A DNA stretch of 64,000 bases from an uncultured Porphyromonadaceae bacterium (GTDB lineage: Bacteria; Bacteroidota; Bacteroidia; Bacteroidales; UBA11471): NCBI GenBank assembly GCA_900547555.1, contig URHG01000001.1, positions 53,628 to 117,627 on the forward strand. Direction: 5' to 3'. Positions within the stretch are counted from its first letter, which is position 1; every line of letters starts with the position of its first letter. Made by a program: the position numbers and the translations under genes. Below, one piece after another: positions 45,911-55,685 of the stretch. The notes below the pieces were generated by a model. That model worked only from the letters and a program-made list of their open reading frames with translations, was not told the origin of the DNA and searched no databases.

Positions 45911-47482
45911 TTATTTGATTTCTATCTCTTCTTTGAGGTCTATTTCGTGGCCTTCGCTATCGTATATTTTATATTCGAGCAGGGCCAAAGACTGATTGGG
46001 AATGAGTTTGAACCGTCGGGTGTATTTGCTTTTCCACTTCCAGTAGAGGGAAAAGAATCCCTGGTTGATGTACGCTGCTATGTACGGGTGTACATGTAAG
46101 GAAAATTTCTTCACTTTGAATTTTCTCACCAGAAAAGCGATTTTGGCTTCGAGATGGTCGGTAAAGAGTATCGAAGGCGGGATCTTGCCTTTGCCGTTGC
46201 AAACGGGACAATCCTCATCGGTCATGATGTCGAGAGCGGGACGCACACGGTGGCGGGTAATCTGCATGAGGCCGAACTTGCTGAGCGGCAGAATATTGTG
46301 CCGGGCCCGGTCGCTTTCCATCAGTTCCCGCATACGGTCGTAGAGTTTCTGCCGGTTTTCGGCACTGTTCATATCGATGTAGTCGATAACGATGATACCT
46401 CCCATATCTCGTAGCCGCAACTGGCGGGCTATCTCTTCGGCCGCCGCCATATTCACCTCGAAGGCGGTGTTTTCTTGGTCGGCGTTGGGTTTGGAGCGGT
46501 TACCGCTGTTTACGTCGATGACGTGGAGTGCTTCGGTGTGTTCGATGATGAGGTAGGCTCCATTCTTGAATGAAATCGTTTTACCGAACGACGATTTGAT
46601 TTGCTTCGTAATGGCAAAGTGATCGAAGATGGGAACATCGTCGGAGTACAATTTCACGATCTCTTTGCATTCGGGTGCAATGATATTTACATAATCGTGG
46701 ATTTGCTGGAAAGTCTCTTTGTCGTTGACATAGATATTTTCGAAAGAGGGGTTGAAAATATCTCTTAACAGGCCTACGGCGCGGCCGGTCTCTTCATAGA
46801 TGAGCGACGGTGCTTTGGCTTTTTGCAGTTTTACGAGGCTCTCTTCCCAGCGTTTCACCAGCGTTTTCATTTCGTTGTCGAGTTCGGCAACGCGTTTGCC
46901 TTCGGCGACGGTACGTACGATGACACCGAAGTTTTGAGGTTTGATACTGTGGATAAGCTGGCGTAAGCGGGTTTTCTCTTCGTTCGATTTTATTTTTTGT
47001 GAGACCGATACTTTGTCGGCAAATGGAATCAGTACCAAGAATCTCCCGGCAAAAGACAACTCTGCCGTGAGGCGTGGCCCTTTGGTAGAGATGGGCTCTT
47101 TGGTGATTTGTACCAGAATTTCTTGGCCTACGGAGAGTAAATCGCCGATCGTTCCCTCTTTGTCGAGTTCCTTCTGCAATTTGAATTTGGGCAGGGAAAG
47201 CACATGTTTGCGGTCGGATAGCGACTGCTTGGTAAATTTGGCACTCGATGTGAAGAACGGGCCTAAGTCCTGATAGTGAAGAAATGCATCTTTGTCGTAA
47301 CCTATATCGATGAATGCAGCGTTCAGTCCCGGCATCAGTTTCTTGACTTTTCCCAAGTAGATATCGCCCAGTGCAAACGATATGTTGCAGGGCTCTTTTT
47401 GCAGCTCGACCAACCGCTTGTCGTTGAGCAACGCGATAGATACCTCTTTGGGTTGTACGTCTACGACTAATTCGCTTGACAC
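45911..47482 (-). CDS. rng: Ribonuclease E/G family (RNase G-like)
   Basis: 523 aa with a GTG start. The N-terminal S1 domain (GDIYLGKVKKLMPGLNAAFIDIG) and the catalytic core (VIDVNSG, GIIVIDYIDM) are collinear with E. coli Rng. Confidence 0.9.
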   Translation of the reverse strand: MSSELVVDVQPKEVSIALLNDKRLVELQKEPCNISFALGDIYLGKVKKLMPGLNAAFIDIGYDKDAFLHYQDLGPFFTSSAKFTKQSLSDRKHVLSLPKFKLQKELDKEGTIGDLLSVGQEILVQITKEPISTKGPRLTAELSFAGRFLVLIPFADKVSVSQKIKSNEEKTRLRQLIHSIKPQNFGVIVRTVAEGKRVAELDNEMKTLVKRWEESLVKLQKAKAPSLIYEETGRAVGLLRDIFNPSFENIYVNDKETFQQIHDYVNIIAPECKEIVKLYSDDVPIFDHFAITKQIKSSFGKTISFKNGAYLIIEHTEALHVIDVNSGNRSKPNADQENTAFEVNMAAAEEIARQLRLRDMGGIIVIDYIDMNSAENRQKLYDRMRELMESDRARHNILPLSKFGLMQITRHRVRPALDIMTDEDCPVCNGKGKIPPSILFTDHLEAKIAFLVRKFKVKKFSLHVHPYIAAYINQGFFSLYWKWKSKYTRRFKLIPNQSLALLEYKIYDSEGHEIDLKEEIEIK

Positions 47483-47536
47483 GTCGGGAATGTTTTGAGG
47501 TTACTTGTGGGTAACAGGGTGATGCTTAAAAGGCAA

Positions 47537-47572
47537 AAGACAAACTCTTGAACGAGTCAGGAGTCTGTCCTT
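47537..47572 (-). terminator. Imperfect hairpin between the bS22-like ORF and rng (attenuator/terminator or rng 5'-UTR structure)
   Basis: AAGACAAACTCTTGA-ACGAG-TCAGGAGTCTGTCCTT. The mismatches become G-U pairs in the minus-strand RNA. The downstream T-run is weak. Confidence 0.35.
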
Positions 47573-47606
47573 TGTTTGTTTTATTACAGCTAAGAAGGTA
47601 AAAAGT

Positions 47607-47699
47607 TTACTTTTTCTTCTTATGTCTGTTTTTTCTCAGTCTTTTTTTACGTTTGTGTGTTGCCATTTTATGGCCTTTTCTTTTTTTTCCGCTGGGCAT
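47607..47699 (-). CDS. Candidate small basic ribosomal protein (bS22-like), 30 aa
   Basis: Too short for the ORF track. My translation is MPSGKKRKGHKMATHKRKKRLRKNRHKKKK. The HK..THKRKKR.R.NRHKKK pattern matches the tiny bS22/AURKAIP1-like proteins I recall from Bacteroidota and Actinobacteria. It lies between the HU gene and rng on the same strand. Confidence 0.5.
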   Translation of the reverse strand: MPSGKKRKGHKMATHKRKKRLRKNRHKKKK

Positions 47700-47754
47700 G
47701 GTTATATGCGTTTAATATGTTAATAAAATTGATTACTTTAGAACGTTACACGGC

Positions 47755-48027
47755 TTATTTTACCTCACTCATGAAGGTTTTGGCGGGTTTGAATGCCGGG
47801 ATATTATGTTCGGGTATGATGATGGTCGTGCTTTTGGAAATATTGCGAGCGGTCTTTTGGGCTCTTCTTTTCACGATGAAACTACCGAAGCCTCTCAGGT
47901 ATACATTGTTGCCTTTGGCCAAAGATCCTTTTACCGATTCCATAAATTGTTCAACGGTGGCCAATACGATAGCTTTCTCGATTCCTGTATTTTTTGAAAT
48001 CTCGTTTACGATGTCTGCCTTAGTCAT
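47755..48027 (-). CDS. HU family DNA-binding protein
   Basis: 90 aa. MTKADIVNEISKNTG...LRGFGSF..KRRAQKTARNI is the classic HU/IHF fold signature. Confidence 0.92.
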   Translation of the reverse strand: MTKADIVNEISKNTGIEKAIVLATVEQFMESVKGSLAKGNNVYLRGFGSFIVKRRAQKTARNISKSTTIIIPEHNIPAFKPAKTFMSEVK

Positions 48028-48073
48028 TGTTTTTTGTTTTTATATTGATTAGCGTTTTTAATTTTTTGGTTTG

Positions 48074-48081
48074 CAAATATA
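48074..48081 (-). promoter_or_regulatory. Candidate -7 box (TATATTTG) for the HU gene
   Basis: TAnnTTTG match 47 nt upstream of ATG 48027. Confidence 0.4.
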
Positions 48082-48230
48082 TAGCTTTTTCTCTTTCCTG
48101 CGAACGAATTTGAAAATTTTTTCTTCTCAAATTCTGTACCTTAATTTGCAAAACGGGTGCAAATATCGGAATAATTTTTGAGATTAGCTCTTTTTAGTTC
48201 CGGAATATTTGTCGGTGAATTATACCTCTT

Positions 48231-48854
48231 TTACCGGACGAATCGTTTTCCGTTCCATGTGTAAGAGAGGGGCGTTTTTCTCAACAGCGGCGAAAGGCGT
48301 TCGTAGATTTCTTCGGGAAGATAAGTTTTGAGATCTTCCCGGGCTTGCAGAGTCTTCCCGCTGATAATGTATGAGACGGGTAGCATATCGATGAGGTCGG
48401 CGGCCTGTCGAGTCGCTTTTTTCGAGCTTTTGTTCAGGAACGTTTCTGCGGTCGGAGCCGTGAAAATTTTACCGTTCTCTATCGGTTGCCATCGGGTATC
48501 GTAAAAGGTGATGCGGCTGTCTTGTGCGGGTAGCGATACGGTGTGAATGACGGCGATGATTCCGACAGTGTCGGCTACCGGCAGCAGGGCGATTTGTATG
48601 GCCGACGAGGACGACAGTTTTACGGTAACCTGCATATCGTCGATCGTATCGATGAGAACTTCTCCTCCTAACTGATTGACTACGTGGTGGGCGACTCCCG
48701 CATTGTGAAAATCGATCAGGTCTTTACGTTGGTTTTCGTCGAGTTGCGGAATGAGTTGTGCCGGAGCCGAAATGAAATAGGCGTCTATCGTATGTCCGGC
48801 ATATATTGCTGTCACAGAGAATAGGAGCAGGGCAAGGAGTACGGTTTTTCGCAT
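48231..48854 (-). CDS. Hypothetical secreted protein (DUF3256-like, low-confidence family call)
   Basis: Trimmed to MRKTVLLALLLFSVTAIYA (signal peptide). The N-terminal ...LIPQLDENQRKDLIDF resembles what I recall of DUF3256. Confidence 0.6.
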   Translation of the reverse strand: MRKTVLLALLLFSVTAIYAGHTIDAYFISAPAQLIPQLDENQRKDLIDFHNAGVAHHVVNQLGGEVLIDTIDDMQVTVKLSSSSAIQIALLPVADTVGIIAVIHTVSLPAQDSRITFYDTRWQPIENGKIFTAPTAETFLNKSSKKATRQAADLIDMLPVSYIISGKTLQAREDLKTYLPEEIYERLSPLLRKTPLSYTWNGKRFVR

Positions 48855-48890
48855 ATTCTGATTATTAAGTCGTAACAAATATAACTAATT

Positions 48891-49790
48891 TTATCGGGTT
48901 CCCAAATAGAGGAAGTACATTCCGATGAGTACAAGCAGCAGGTCGATGGCTTTGCTGCGGATATTTTTTTCGTGGAAGAACAGTGCGCCGAAAAGGAAAC
49001 TGACGACCACGCCGCTGCGACGGGCCATCGACACGATAGAAATCATAGACCCGGGAAAGCTCAATGCATAGAAATAAATAAAATCGGCTGCCACGAGGAA
49101 AAGCGATATGAAAAAGATACTCCACCGCCAGCGGAAAGGTGTGGTTTCATTTCTCTTCTTGTACCAAATGAGAAGTATGATAAACATGATGACCATCTGG
49201 TAGTAGGTATACCATACTTGTACGACCATGCGATCGAATCCGCCCGAGATGAGATATTTGTCGTATAATGCACTGATGGCACCCGTGATAGTGGCCAGCA
49301 CGATATAGTATATCCACTTGTCGTGGCTGAACCGTATCCCTTCTTTTTTACCGGCCGAAGAAAGCATGAAAAAGGAAACGATCGAGATAATGACACCGAT
49401 CCACTGGTAGAAGTTGAGCCTTTCTCCGAAAATGAGCAATGCTCCCAACAATGTGAGAACGGGCTGGGACGCTTTGATCGTACCGGCAATCGTTATGGGC
49501 AGATGTTTCATGGCAAAATAGGCGAACGTCCATGAAGAGAGTACGATGACGGCTTTGAGCATCACATAGAGATGCGTTACGAAATCGGCCCGAGGAACGT
49601 AAAATAGCGTTCCTTCGATTAGTTCGGGATTAAAGCGGGAGAGCAGCACGGCCGGGAGGAAAAGCGCACTGCAAAATACAGTGTTCAGAAATAGTATGGG
49701 AAGGACGGCGTTGTTGTTGAGTGCCAATTTTTTGAATACTTCGTACATACCCAGCAGAGCTGCCGAGATAAAAGCGAGAATCAACCACAT
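48891..49790 (-). CDS. EamA/DMT-superfamily transporter
   Basis: 299 aa, 10 TM segments, with two EamA-like halves. Confidence 0.85.
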   Translation of the reverse strand: MWLILAFISAALLGMYEVFKKLALNNNAVLPILFLNTVFCSALFLPAVLLSRFNPELIEGTLFYVPRADFVTHLYVMLKAVIVLSSWTFAYFAMKHLPITIAGTIKASQPVLTLLGALLIFGERLNFYQWIGVIISIVSFFMLSSAGKKEGIRFSHDKWIYYIVLATITGAISALYDKYLISGGFDRMVVQVWYTYYQMVIMFIILLIWYKKRNETTPFRWRWSIFFISLFLVAADFIYFYALSFPGSMISIVSMARRSGVVVSFLFGALFFHEKNIRSKAIDLLLVLIGMYFLYLGTR

Positions 49791-49802
49791 AACAAATCTT
49801 TT

Positions 49803-50579
49803 TTATCGTAAAAACAATTCTTCGGGATAGGTAATGCCGGTCAGGAAAAGAGCGTTTCCGGGAGCTGACGTACCGGCTTTGCAACGGTCGCGGGCTTCGA
49901 TGACAGATCGGAAATCTTCGATCGATAATTTTCCCCGTCCTACTTCTACGAGAGTGCCTACGATGGCCCGTACCATATTGCGAAGGAAACGGTCGGCCGT
50001 GATTTCAAATACGAGCTCGTTTCCCGAGAGGGTCCATGCGGCGTGGGTGATGCGGCAGTTATTGGTCTTCACGTCGGTATGCAGTTTGCTGAAACTGGTG
50101 AAGTCGGTGTATTGCAACAAATGACTGGCCGCCTCGTTCATACGGTCAATATCGAGCGTCTTGCCGGCCATTGTCCAACGGTATTTCCCCTCGAATGGAT
50201 TTTTCTCGTACGAGATATAATAGCGATAGGTCCTCGACAATGCGTCGAAACGGCTGTGTGCATCGGGTTTCACCGGACGGATATGGTATATGACAATGTC
50301 CGGCGGAAGCACCCGATTGAGCCTATGCACCCACTCTCCCGCATTATCGAGGGAGTGAGGCATATCTGCGTGTGCGACCATCAGTCGGGCATGTACTCCT
50401 GCATCGGTGCGTCCGGCTCCCGTAACGGCTATGTCGCAACGCAAGAGCAGGGAAAAGGCTTTCTCTATACATGCTTGTATAGAAATGCCGTTTGGCTGAC
50501 GTTGCCAGCCGTGATAGGCTGTGCCGTCGTAGGCGAGGTAGATGAAATAACGATATGTCCTGTATCCGGTTTCGGACAT
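49803..50579 (-). CDS. truA: tRNA pseudouridine(38-40) synthase
   Basis: 258 aa. [12 protein letters not shown] and the catalytic [11 protein letters not shown] are present. Confidence 0.92.
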   Translation of the reverse strand: MSETGYRTYRYFIYLAYDGTAYHGWQRQPNGISIQACIEKAFSLLLRCDIAVTGAGRTDAGVHARLMVAHADMPHSLDNAGEWVHRLNRVLPPDIVIYHIRPVKPDAHSRFDALSRTYRYYISYEKNPFEGKYRWTMAGKTLDIDRMNEAASHLLQYTDFTSFSKLHTDVKTNNCRITHAAWTLSGNELVFEITADRFLRNMVRAIVGTLVEVGRGKLSIEDFRSVIEARDRCKAGTSAPGNALFLTGITYPEELFLR

Positions 50580-50585
50580 GACCGC

Positions 50586-52484
50586 TTAATCTTTTTCAAG
50601 GTAAGTATATCCGTAAAGACCGGAACGGTAGTTCGACAGGAATTCTCTACCTTCTTCGGGTGTGATTACCCCCGATTTCATCGAAGTCGTAACCCATGTT
50701 TCTACGCTGCGTACCATCTTCTTGGGATTGTATTGTACATAATCGAGAACTTCGGCTACGGTTTCTCCGTCGATGACTTGATCTACTTCATATCGGTCTT
50801 TGTAGACGCTTACATGTACGGCATTGGTATCGCCGAAAAGGTTGTGCAGGTCGCCTAAAATCTCCTGATAGGCCCCGACCAAAAATACGCCGATATAGTA
50901 CGGCTCTTTGGTGCTGAGCGCGTGTACCGGTAGGTGGTAGCTGAAATTTTTCGTAGAGATGAAGTTGTCGATTTTTCCGTCGGAGTCGCAGGTAATATCC
51001 TGTAAGGTTGCCGAGCGGTTGGGCTTTTCATCGAGTCGGCTGATGGGCATGATCGGGAAAATCTGATCGATAGCCCACGAATCGGGCAGCGACTGGAAAA
51101 GAGAGAAGTTACAGAAGTACTTATCGGGCAACATTTTGGCGATCTTCTTCAATTCCTCGGGAGCGTGTTTTATTTCATTGGCCATGTCGTAAACATCGCG
51201 GGCAATCGACCAGAAAAGCCGTTCGATTTGTGCGCGTGTGCGTAGGTCGATAAGCCCGAGACCGAAAAGGTCGAGCGCTTCTTCCCGTATTTGCAAGGCA
51301 TCGTGCCAAGTCTCGATCAGTCGCGGCTGATTGAGATTGTCCCAAGAATTGTAAAGTTCACGCACCAGTTCATGATCGTTTTCAGAGATTTCGGTGTCTT
51401 CGTCCCACTCCGGAAGTGTCGTGGTTTCGAGGACTTCAAAGATCAATACCGAGTGATGTGCCGTCAACGAACGGCCCGACTCAGTGATGATATTGGGTTG
51501 TGGGAGGTCGTTTTTGGCACAGACATCGACCAGTGTCCATATCGAGTCGTTTACGTATTCTTGTATCGAATAGTTCATACTGCTCTCGCTTGTCGACGAG
51601 CGGGTACCGTCGTAGTCGACACCCAAACCTCCGCCTATATCGACAAGTTCGATGTTGTACCCCATCTTGTAGAGTTGCACATAAAATTGCGATGCTTCGC
51701 GTAAAGCATTTTTGATGAGGCGTATTTTGGTAACTTGGCTGCCTATGTGGAAGTGAATGAGTTTGAGGCAGTCTTTCATTTTATTCTTTTCGAGTATATC
51801 GAGAGCTTCGAGCAGTTCGCTCGAATTGAGGCCGAATTTGCTGACATCTCCCCCCGAGTCTTCCCATTTTCCGCTTCCCGAACTGGCCAGTTTGATGCGA
51901 ATTCCTATGTTGGGTCTGATTTTCAACCGTTTGGCAATCGTTGCGATGAGATGCAGTTCGTTTAGTTTCTCGACAACGAGAAAAATACGACGACCCATTT
52001 TTTGTGCCAATAAAGCCAGTTCGATATAATTCTCGTCTTTGTATCCGTTGCAGATAATCAAGGAGTTCGAATCGATATTGATGGCAAGAACGGCGTGCAG
52101 TTCGGGTTTGGAGCCGGCTTCAAGACCGATATTGAATTTCTTTCCGTGACTGACGATTTCTTCTACCACAGGACTCATTTGATTGACTTTGATCGGGTAG
52201 ATGATGAAATTCTGGGCCGTGTAACCGTATTCGGTAGCAGCTTGTTTGAAGCAATTGGAGATTTTCTCGATGCGGTTATCGAGAATGTCGGGGAAGCGTA
52301 CCAGGATAGGAGCCGGAACATCTCTTACCTGTAACTCGTCCATCAGTTCTTTTAAGTCGACGGCAGCGGCTCCTTCTTTGGGGGTAACCGTTACATGCCC
52401 TTTTTCGTTGATGGAAAAATACTTTAATCCCCAGCCGGTGATGTTGTACAACTCGGCCGAATCTTCAATACGCCATTTTCTCAT
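50586..52484 (-). CDS. speA: Biosynthetic arginine decarboxylase
   Basis: 632 aa. The N-terminus WRIEDSAELYNITGWG, the PLP-lysine region YPIKVN and GGGLGVDYDG are collinear with SpeA. Confidence 0.93.
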   Translation of the reverse strand: MRKWRIEDSAELYNITGWGLKYFSINEKGHVTVTPKEGAAAVDLKELMDELQVRDVPAPILVRFPDILDNRIEKISNCFKQAATEYGYTAQNFIIYPIKVNQMSPVVEEIVSHGKKFNIGLEAGSKPELHAVLAINIDSNSLIICNGYKDENYIELALLAQKMGRRIFLVVEKLNELHLIATIAKRLKIRPNIGIRIKLASSGSGKWEDSGGDVSKFGLNSSELLEALDILEKNKMKDCLKLIHFHIGSQVTKIRLIKNALREASQFYVQLYKMGYNIELVDIGGGLGVDYDGTRSSTSESSMNYSIQEYVNDSIWTLVDVCAKNDLPQPNIITESGRSLTAHHSVLIFEVLETTTLPEWDEDTEISENDHELVRELYNSWDNLNQPRLIETWHDALQIREEALDLFGLGLIDLRTRAQIERLFWSIARDVYDMANEIKHAPEELKKIAKMLPDKYFCNFSLFQSLPDSWAIDQIFPIMPISRLDEKPNRSATLQDITCDSDGKIDNFISTKNFSYHLPVHALSTKEPYYIGVFLVGAYQEILGDLHNLFGDTNAVHVSVYKDRYEVDQVIDGETVAEVLDYVQYNPKKMVRSVETWVTTSMKSGVITPEEGREFLSNYRSGLYGYTYLEKD

Positions 52485-52694
52485 TCCGTTCTCGTATTAA
52501 ATAAAAATTCGTATTTCTAAAATGTTAAACAATCTCTTGGGTTGAAGTGTTTTGCTTTTAAAACCATGCAAAAGTAGAGATAAAAAATGAACTTCTGCAA
52601 GAAGTTGCCGAAATATTGGTTTTTTCGACTTTTTTTCTGTAAGTCGCATCTTTTTTTCATCTGAAACGGGAGTCAAATACCGATATTATTTTCT

Positions 52695-52702
52695 ATATTT
52701 GC
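52695..52702 (+). promoter_or_regulatory. Candidate -7 box (TATATTTG) for fba
   Basis: TAnnTTTG match 57 nt upstream of ATG 52759. Confidence 0.45.
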
Positions 52703-52758
52703 GAAACATAGATGTGAAAAACGAAGAGTATTCAATCTTTAAATAAAATAATTTTAGT

Positions 52759-53760
52759 ATGGTAAATTACAAAGATTTAGGCCTGGTAAATACCCGGGCA
52801 ATGTTTGCCAAAGCCATTAAAGGCGGTTATGCCGTTCCGGCATTTAACTTCAACAATATGGAGCAGTTACAGGCTATAATTCAGGCCGCCGTAGAAACCA
52901 AGTCTCCGGTGATCCTTCAAGTGTCGAAAGGCGCTCGTCAATATGCTAACCAGACCTTGTTGCGCTATATGGCCGAAGGTGCGGTGGCTTATGCCAAAGA
53001 ACTGGGGTGTGCCAAACCCGAGATCGTGTTGCATCTCGATCACGGAGACTCTTTTGAATTGTGCAAATCATGCATCGATATGGGTTTCTCCTCGGTGATG
53101 ATAGACGGTTCGCACTTGCCTTATGACGAAAATGTGGCGCTTACGAGAAAAGTGGTCGATTATGCCCACCAATTCGATGTAACAGTCGAAGGAGAGCTGG
53201 GCGTTTTAGCCGGTGTCGAAGATGAAGTGTCGGCAGAACATCATACCTATACCCGTCCCGAAGAGGTTGTCGATTTCGTGACGAAAACCGGTTGCGACAG
53301 TTTGGCAATTTCGATAGGAACGTCGCATGGTGCCAATAAATTCACACCGGCACAATGTACCCGTGATGCTCATGGTCGCTTGGTTCCTCCTCCATTGCGT
53401 TTCGATGTGCTCGAAGGCGTAGAAAAAGAATTGCCGGGCTTCCCTATCGTGCTGCACGGATCATCATCGGTTCCCCAAGAAGAAGTCGATACGATCAATA
53501 AATATGGTGGCGCATTGAAAGATGCTATCGGTATTCCCGAAGAGCAGTTGCGGAAAGCAGCAGCGTCGGCCGTATGTAAAATCAATATCGATTCCGACAG
53601 CCGTCTGGCAATGACTGCCGCCGTGCGTGAAGTTATGGCTACGAAACCGGCTGAATTCGATCCGCGTAAATATTTGGGACCGGCACGTGAAAATATGAAG
53701 AAACTCTATATTCACAAGATTGTAGACGTTCTGGGTAGCGCAGGGAAATGCGAATGTTAG
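52759..53760 (+). CDS. fba: Class II fructose-1,6-bisphosphate aldolase
   Basis: 333 aa with HLDHG, GELG, SIGTSHG and LHGSSS blocks. Confidence 0.93.
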   Translation: MVNYKDLGLVNTRAMFAKAIKGGYAVPAFNFNNMEQLQAIIQAAVETKSPVILQVSKGARQYANQTLLRYMAEGAVAYAKELGCAKPEIVLHLDHGDSFELCKSCIDMGFSSVMIDGSHLPYDENVALTRKVVDYAHQFDVTVEGELGVLAGVEDEVSAEHHTYTRPEEVVDFVTKTGCDSLAISIGTSHGANKFTPAQCTRDAHGRLVPPPLRFDVLEGVEKELPGFPIVLHGSSSVPQEEVDTINKYGGALKDAIGIPEEQLRKAAASAVCKINIDSDSRLAMTAAVREVMATKPAEFDPRKYLGPARENMKKLYIHKIVDVLGSAGKCEC

Positions 53761-53766
53761 AGTCCC

Positions 53767-53824
53767 ATTCTTACCATAGAAAAAGGGAGAGCTGAAAAGC
53801 TCTCCCTTTTTCTATGGTAAGAAT
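53767..53824. terminator. 58-nt perfect palindrome downstream of fba (26-bp stem, 6-nt loop)
   Basis: ATTCTTACCATAGAAAAAGGGAGAGC-TGAAAA-GCTCTCCCTTTTTCTATGGTAAGAAT. No clean T-run follows the outer stem. The inner part (GGGAGAGC..GCTCTCCC+TTTTT) looks like a normal terminator. Confidence 0.45.
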
Positions 53825-53870
53825 ATGAACATTTTTCTTTTTACTGCTACCATTATATTGAGATGGACAA

Positions 53871-53899
53871 AAAAGAGAGGCCCTCATGACCTCTCTTTT
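53871..53899 (-). terminator. Terminator after the TPR gene
   Basis: AAAAGAGAGG-CCCTCATGA-CCTCTCTTTT, with T/A runs on both sides. Confidence 0.6.
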
Positions 53900-53920
53900 T
53901 TATAGGTTTTTATACAAATC

Positions 53921-55660
53921 TTATTGTGAAATGATGCTGAGGAATTCTTTGGTTGCGGCGTGATTGGGGTCTATCGCCAGAATCTTGTTACACCATTCGA
54001 TCGTATTATTGAATTTGAAAGTTGCCTTTTGATCATCGGGCAAGCTAAGATATTTGTTGTATTCGGCCATGTATTCAAAGTTTGCCATATAGGTATAAGC
54101 CTCGATGAGGTCCTTCTTCAAACGATTGGCGGCAGCTGCGGTAGGAGGTGTTTCCGTATTGTTCAGATCTTGCTGAATGACTTCTATCGCTTTCTCGTAG
54201 AAAGGAATCGCGATACCGGTCTTTCTTTCAGGATCGAGCAGTGCGGTAGATGATGCTCTCCACAAGTGTCCACGATAGTCTTCGGGTGCCTTTTCTACGA
54301 CGATAGCAAAACAACTGTCGGCTTTTGTTGCTGCAATGTTGGTCATTGCCGTATCGTTAGCTTGGAAAGCTCTTGCTGCTGCCATATAATAGTAACGACC
54401 GGTGATAAAGTAATCTTGTGTTTTATCTTGTTCTGTTGCAACAAGTTGTTTGAGATAGAGATCCTGTACCTCGGCACGGCGCATATAGTTTCCTGTTTTT
54501 TGAAGACCACTCATAAGTTCTTTATAGAGTTCGAGGCGGGTCGGGTCTATTTCTACTGCTTTTTCGAGAGCGGTAATTGCTTTTTCATGCTCACCCAAAG
54601 CGAGGAGAAGTTTACCGTATTGCATGTAGTCGCGGCTGTTGAATGTTACGTTAGGAGTAGAGAACAGGGATTCTGCAGCACGTGCGGCCGATACATAGTC
54701 TTTCAACTCATAGGTGTTGTACATGATCAGACGTTTCAGCATGAGATTGTCCGGGTATGATTGGAGCAAATCTTCACACAGCGTGAGAGATTTGTCATAT
54801 TGCTTGTCATAGTAAAGAAGTGCGGCATATCGGGGACGGTCGCTCTGGAATGCATTCGGATTTTGCATGTATGTCGCATAAGCTTGGACGGCTTCGTTGA
54901 ATTTGTCGGCACGGTAATACGATTCGGCCAACTCCCGTTGTGCAATAGCCGAGTTGGGGCGCATCTGGAGCAGACGCAGCACGTTGTCGATTGCCATATC
55001 GGGATTGATACGGAAGTAGATGCCGGCAAATTTGATATAGGCTTCTACACAAGTGGTATCGTACCATTGGAATGCCAGCTCGTAGTTTTTACAAGCTTCG
55101 CCCCATTCTTCTTTTTGGGCTTCGATATCTCCTAAGAATACATAATAGGGTGCGTAGTCGGCCAATAATTTTTCGTAGTATTTATCTACGGCTTCCTGAT
55201 AGGGGAGGTTGTTGTCGTAGTAGGCTTCGACGTAAGCAAGAGCTACGGCAGGATCTTTTTTTGCATTCTTGATTTTGAAACCTGCTTTCATTTCTTTTTC
55301 TCCGGCTTTCACGGCGGCTTTTACCGATTTTTCGTCGCTACCAGCCGGTTTTCCCATGATGACTTTACCTTTACCGATGTAGTTGAGCGCAAACTCGGGA
55401 TCGGCGGCAATACCTTTTTCGAAATACATCAAGGCCGAGTCTTTACTTGTGGGGAATGCGATTTCGCCCAAATAGTAGTACGATTCGGCTTGCTTGGTCT
55501 CACTATCGTTCAACGTGCGTTCGAGTATGATTTTTGCTCGATCGGGCTGTCCCGACTTGTAGTATTCGATACCGTCGGCGTAGTTTTGTGCAATGGCCGG
55601 CGTCAATGCTCCTCCCAAGAGGAGAAGAGCTGAGGCTAACGATGTTTTGGTTTTCTGCAT
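53921..55660 (-). CDS. Tetratricopeptide-repeat protein (secreted)
   Basis: 579 aa with a signal peptide and many TPR-like A/Y/L-rich repeats. It is the last gene of the cluster downstream of tonB. Confidence 0.8.
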   Translation of the reverse strand: MQKTKTSLASALLLLGGALTPAIAQNYADGIEYYKSGQPDRAKIILERTLNDSETKQAESYYYLGEIAFPTSKDSALMYFEKGIAADPEFALNYIGKGKVIMGKPAGSDEKSVKAAVKAGEKEMKAGFKIKNAKKDPAVALAYVEAYYDNNLPYQEAVDKYYEKLLADYAPYYVFLGDIEAQKEEWGEACKNYELAFQWYDTTCVEAYIKFAGIYFRINPDMAIDNVLRLLQMRPNSAIAQRELAESYYRADKFNEAVQAYATYMQNPNAFQSDRPRYAALLYYDKQYDKSLTLCEDLLQSYPDNLMLKRLIMYNTYELKDYVSAARAAESLFSTPNVTFNSRDYMQYGKLLLALGEHEKAITALEKAVEIDPTRLELYKELMSGLQKTGNYMRRAEVQDLYLKQLVATEQDKTQDYFITGRYYYMAAARAFQANDTAMTNIAATKADSCFAIVVEKAPEDYRGHLWRASSTALLDPERKTGIAIPFYEKAIEVIQQDLNNTETPPTAAAANRLKKDLIEAYTYMANFEYMAEYNKYLSLPDDQKATFKFNNTIEWCNKILAIDPNHAATKEFLSIISQ

Positions 55661-55685
55661 AATAAATCTACTTGTGTTTTTATTG

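Noticed and set aside
47657-48052. 131-aa plus-strand ORF overlapping the HU gene
   Set aside because: It is antisense to a textbook HU CDS.
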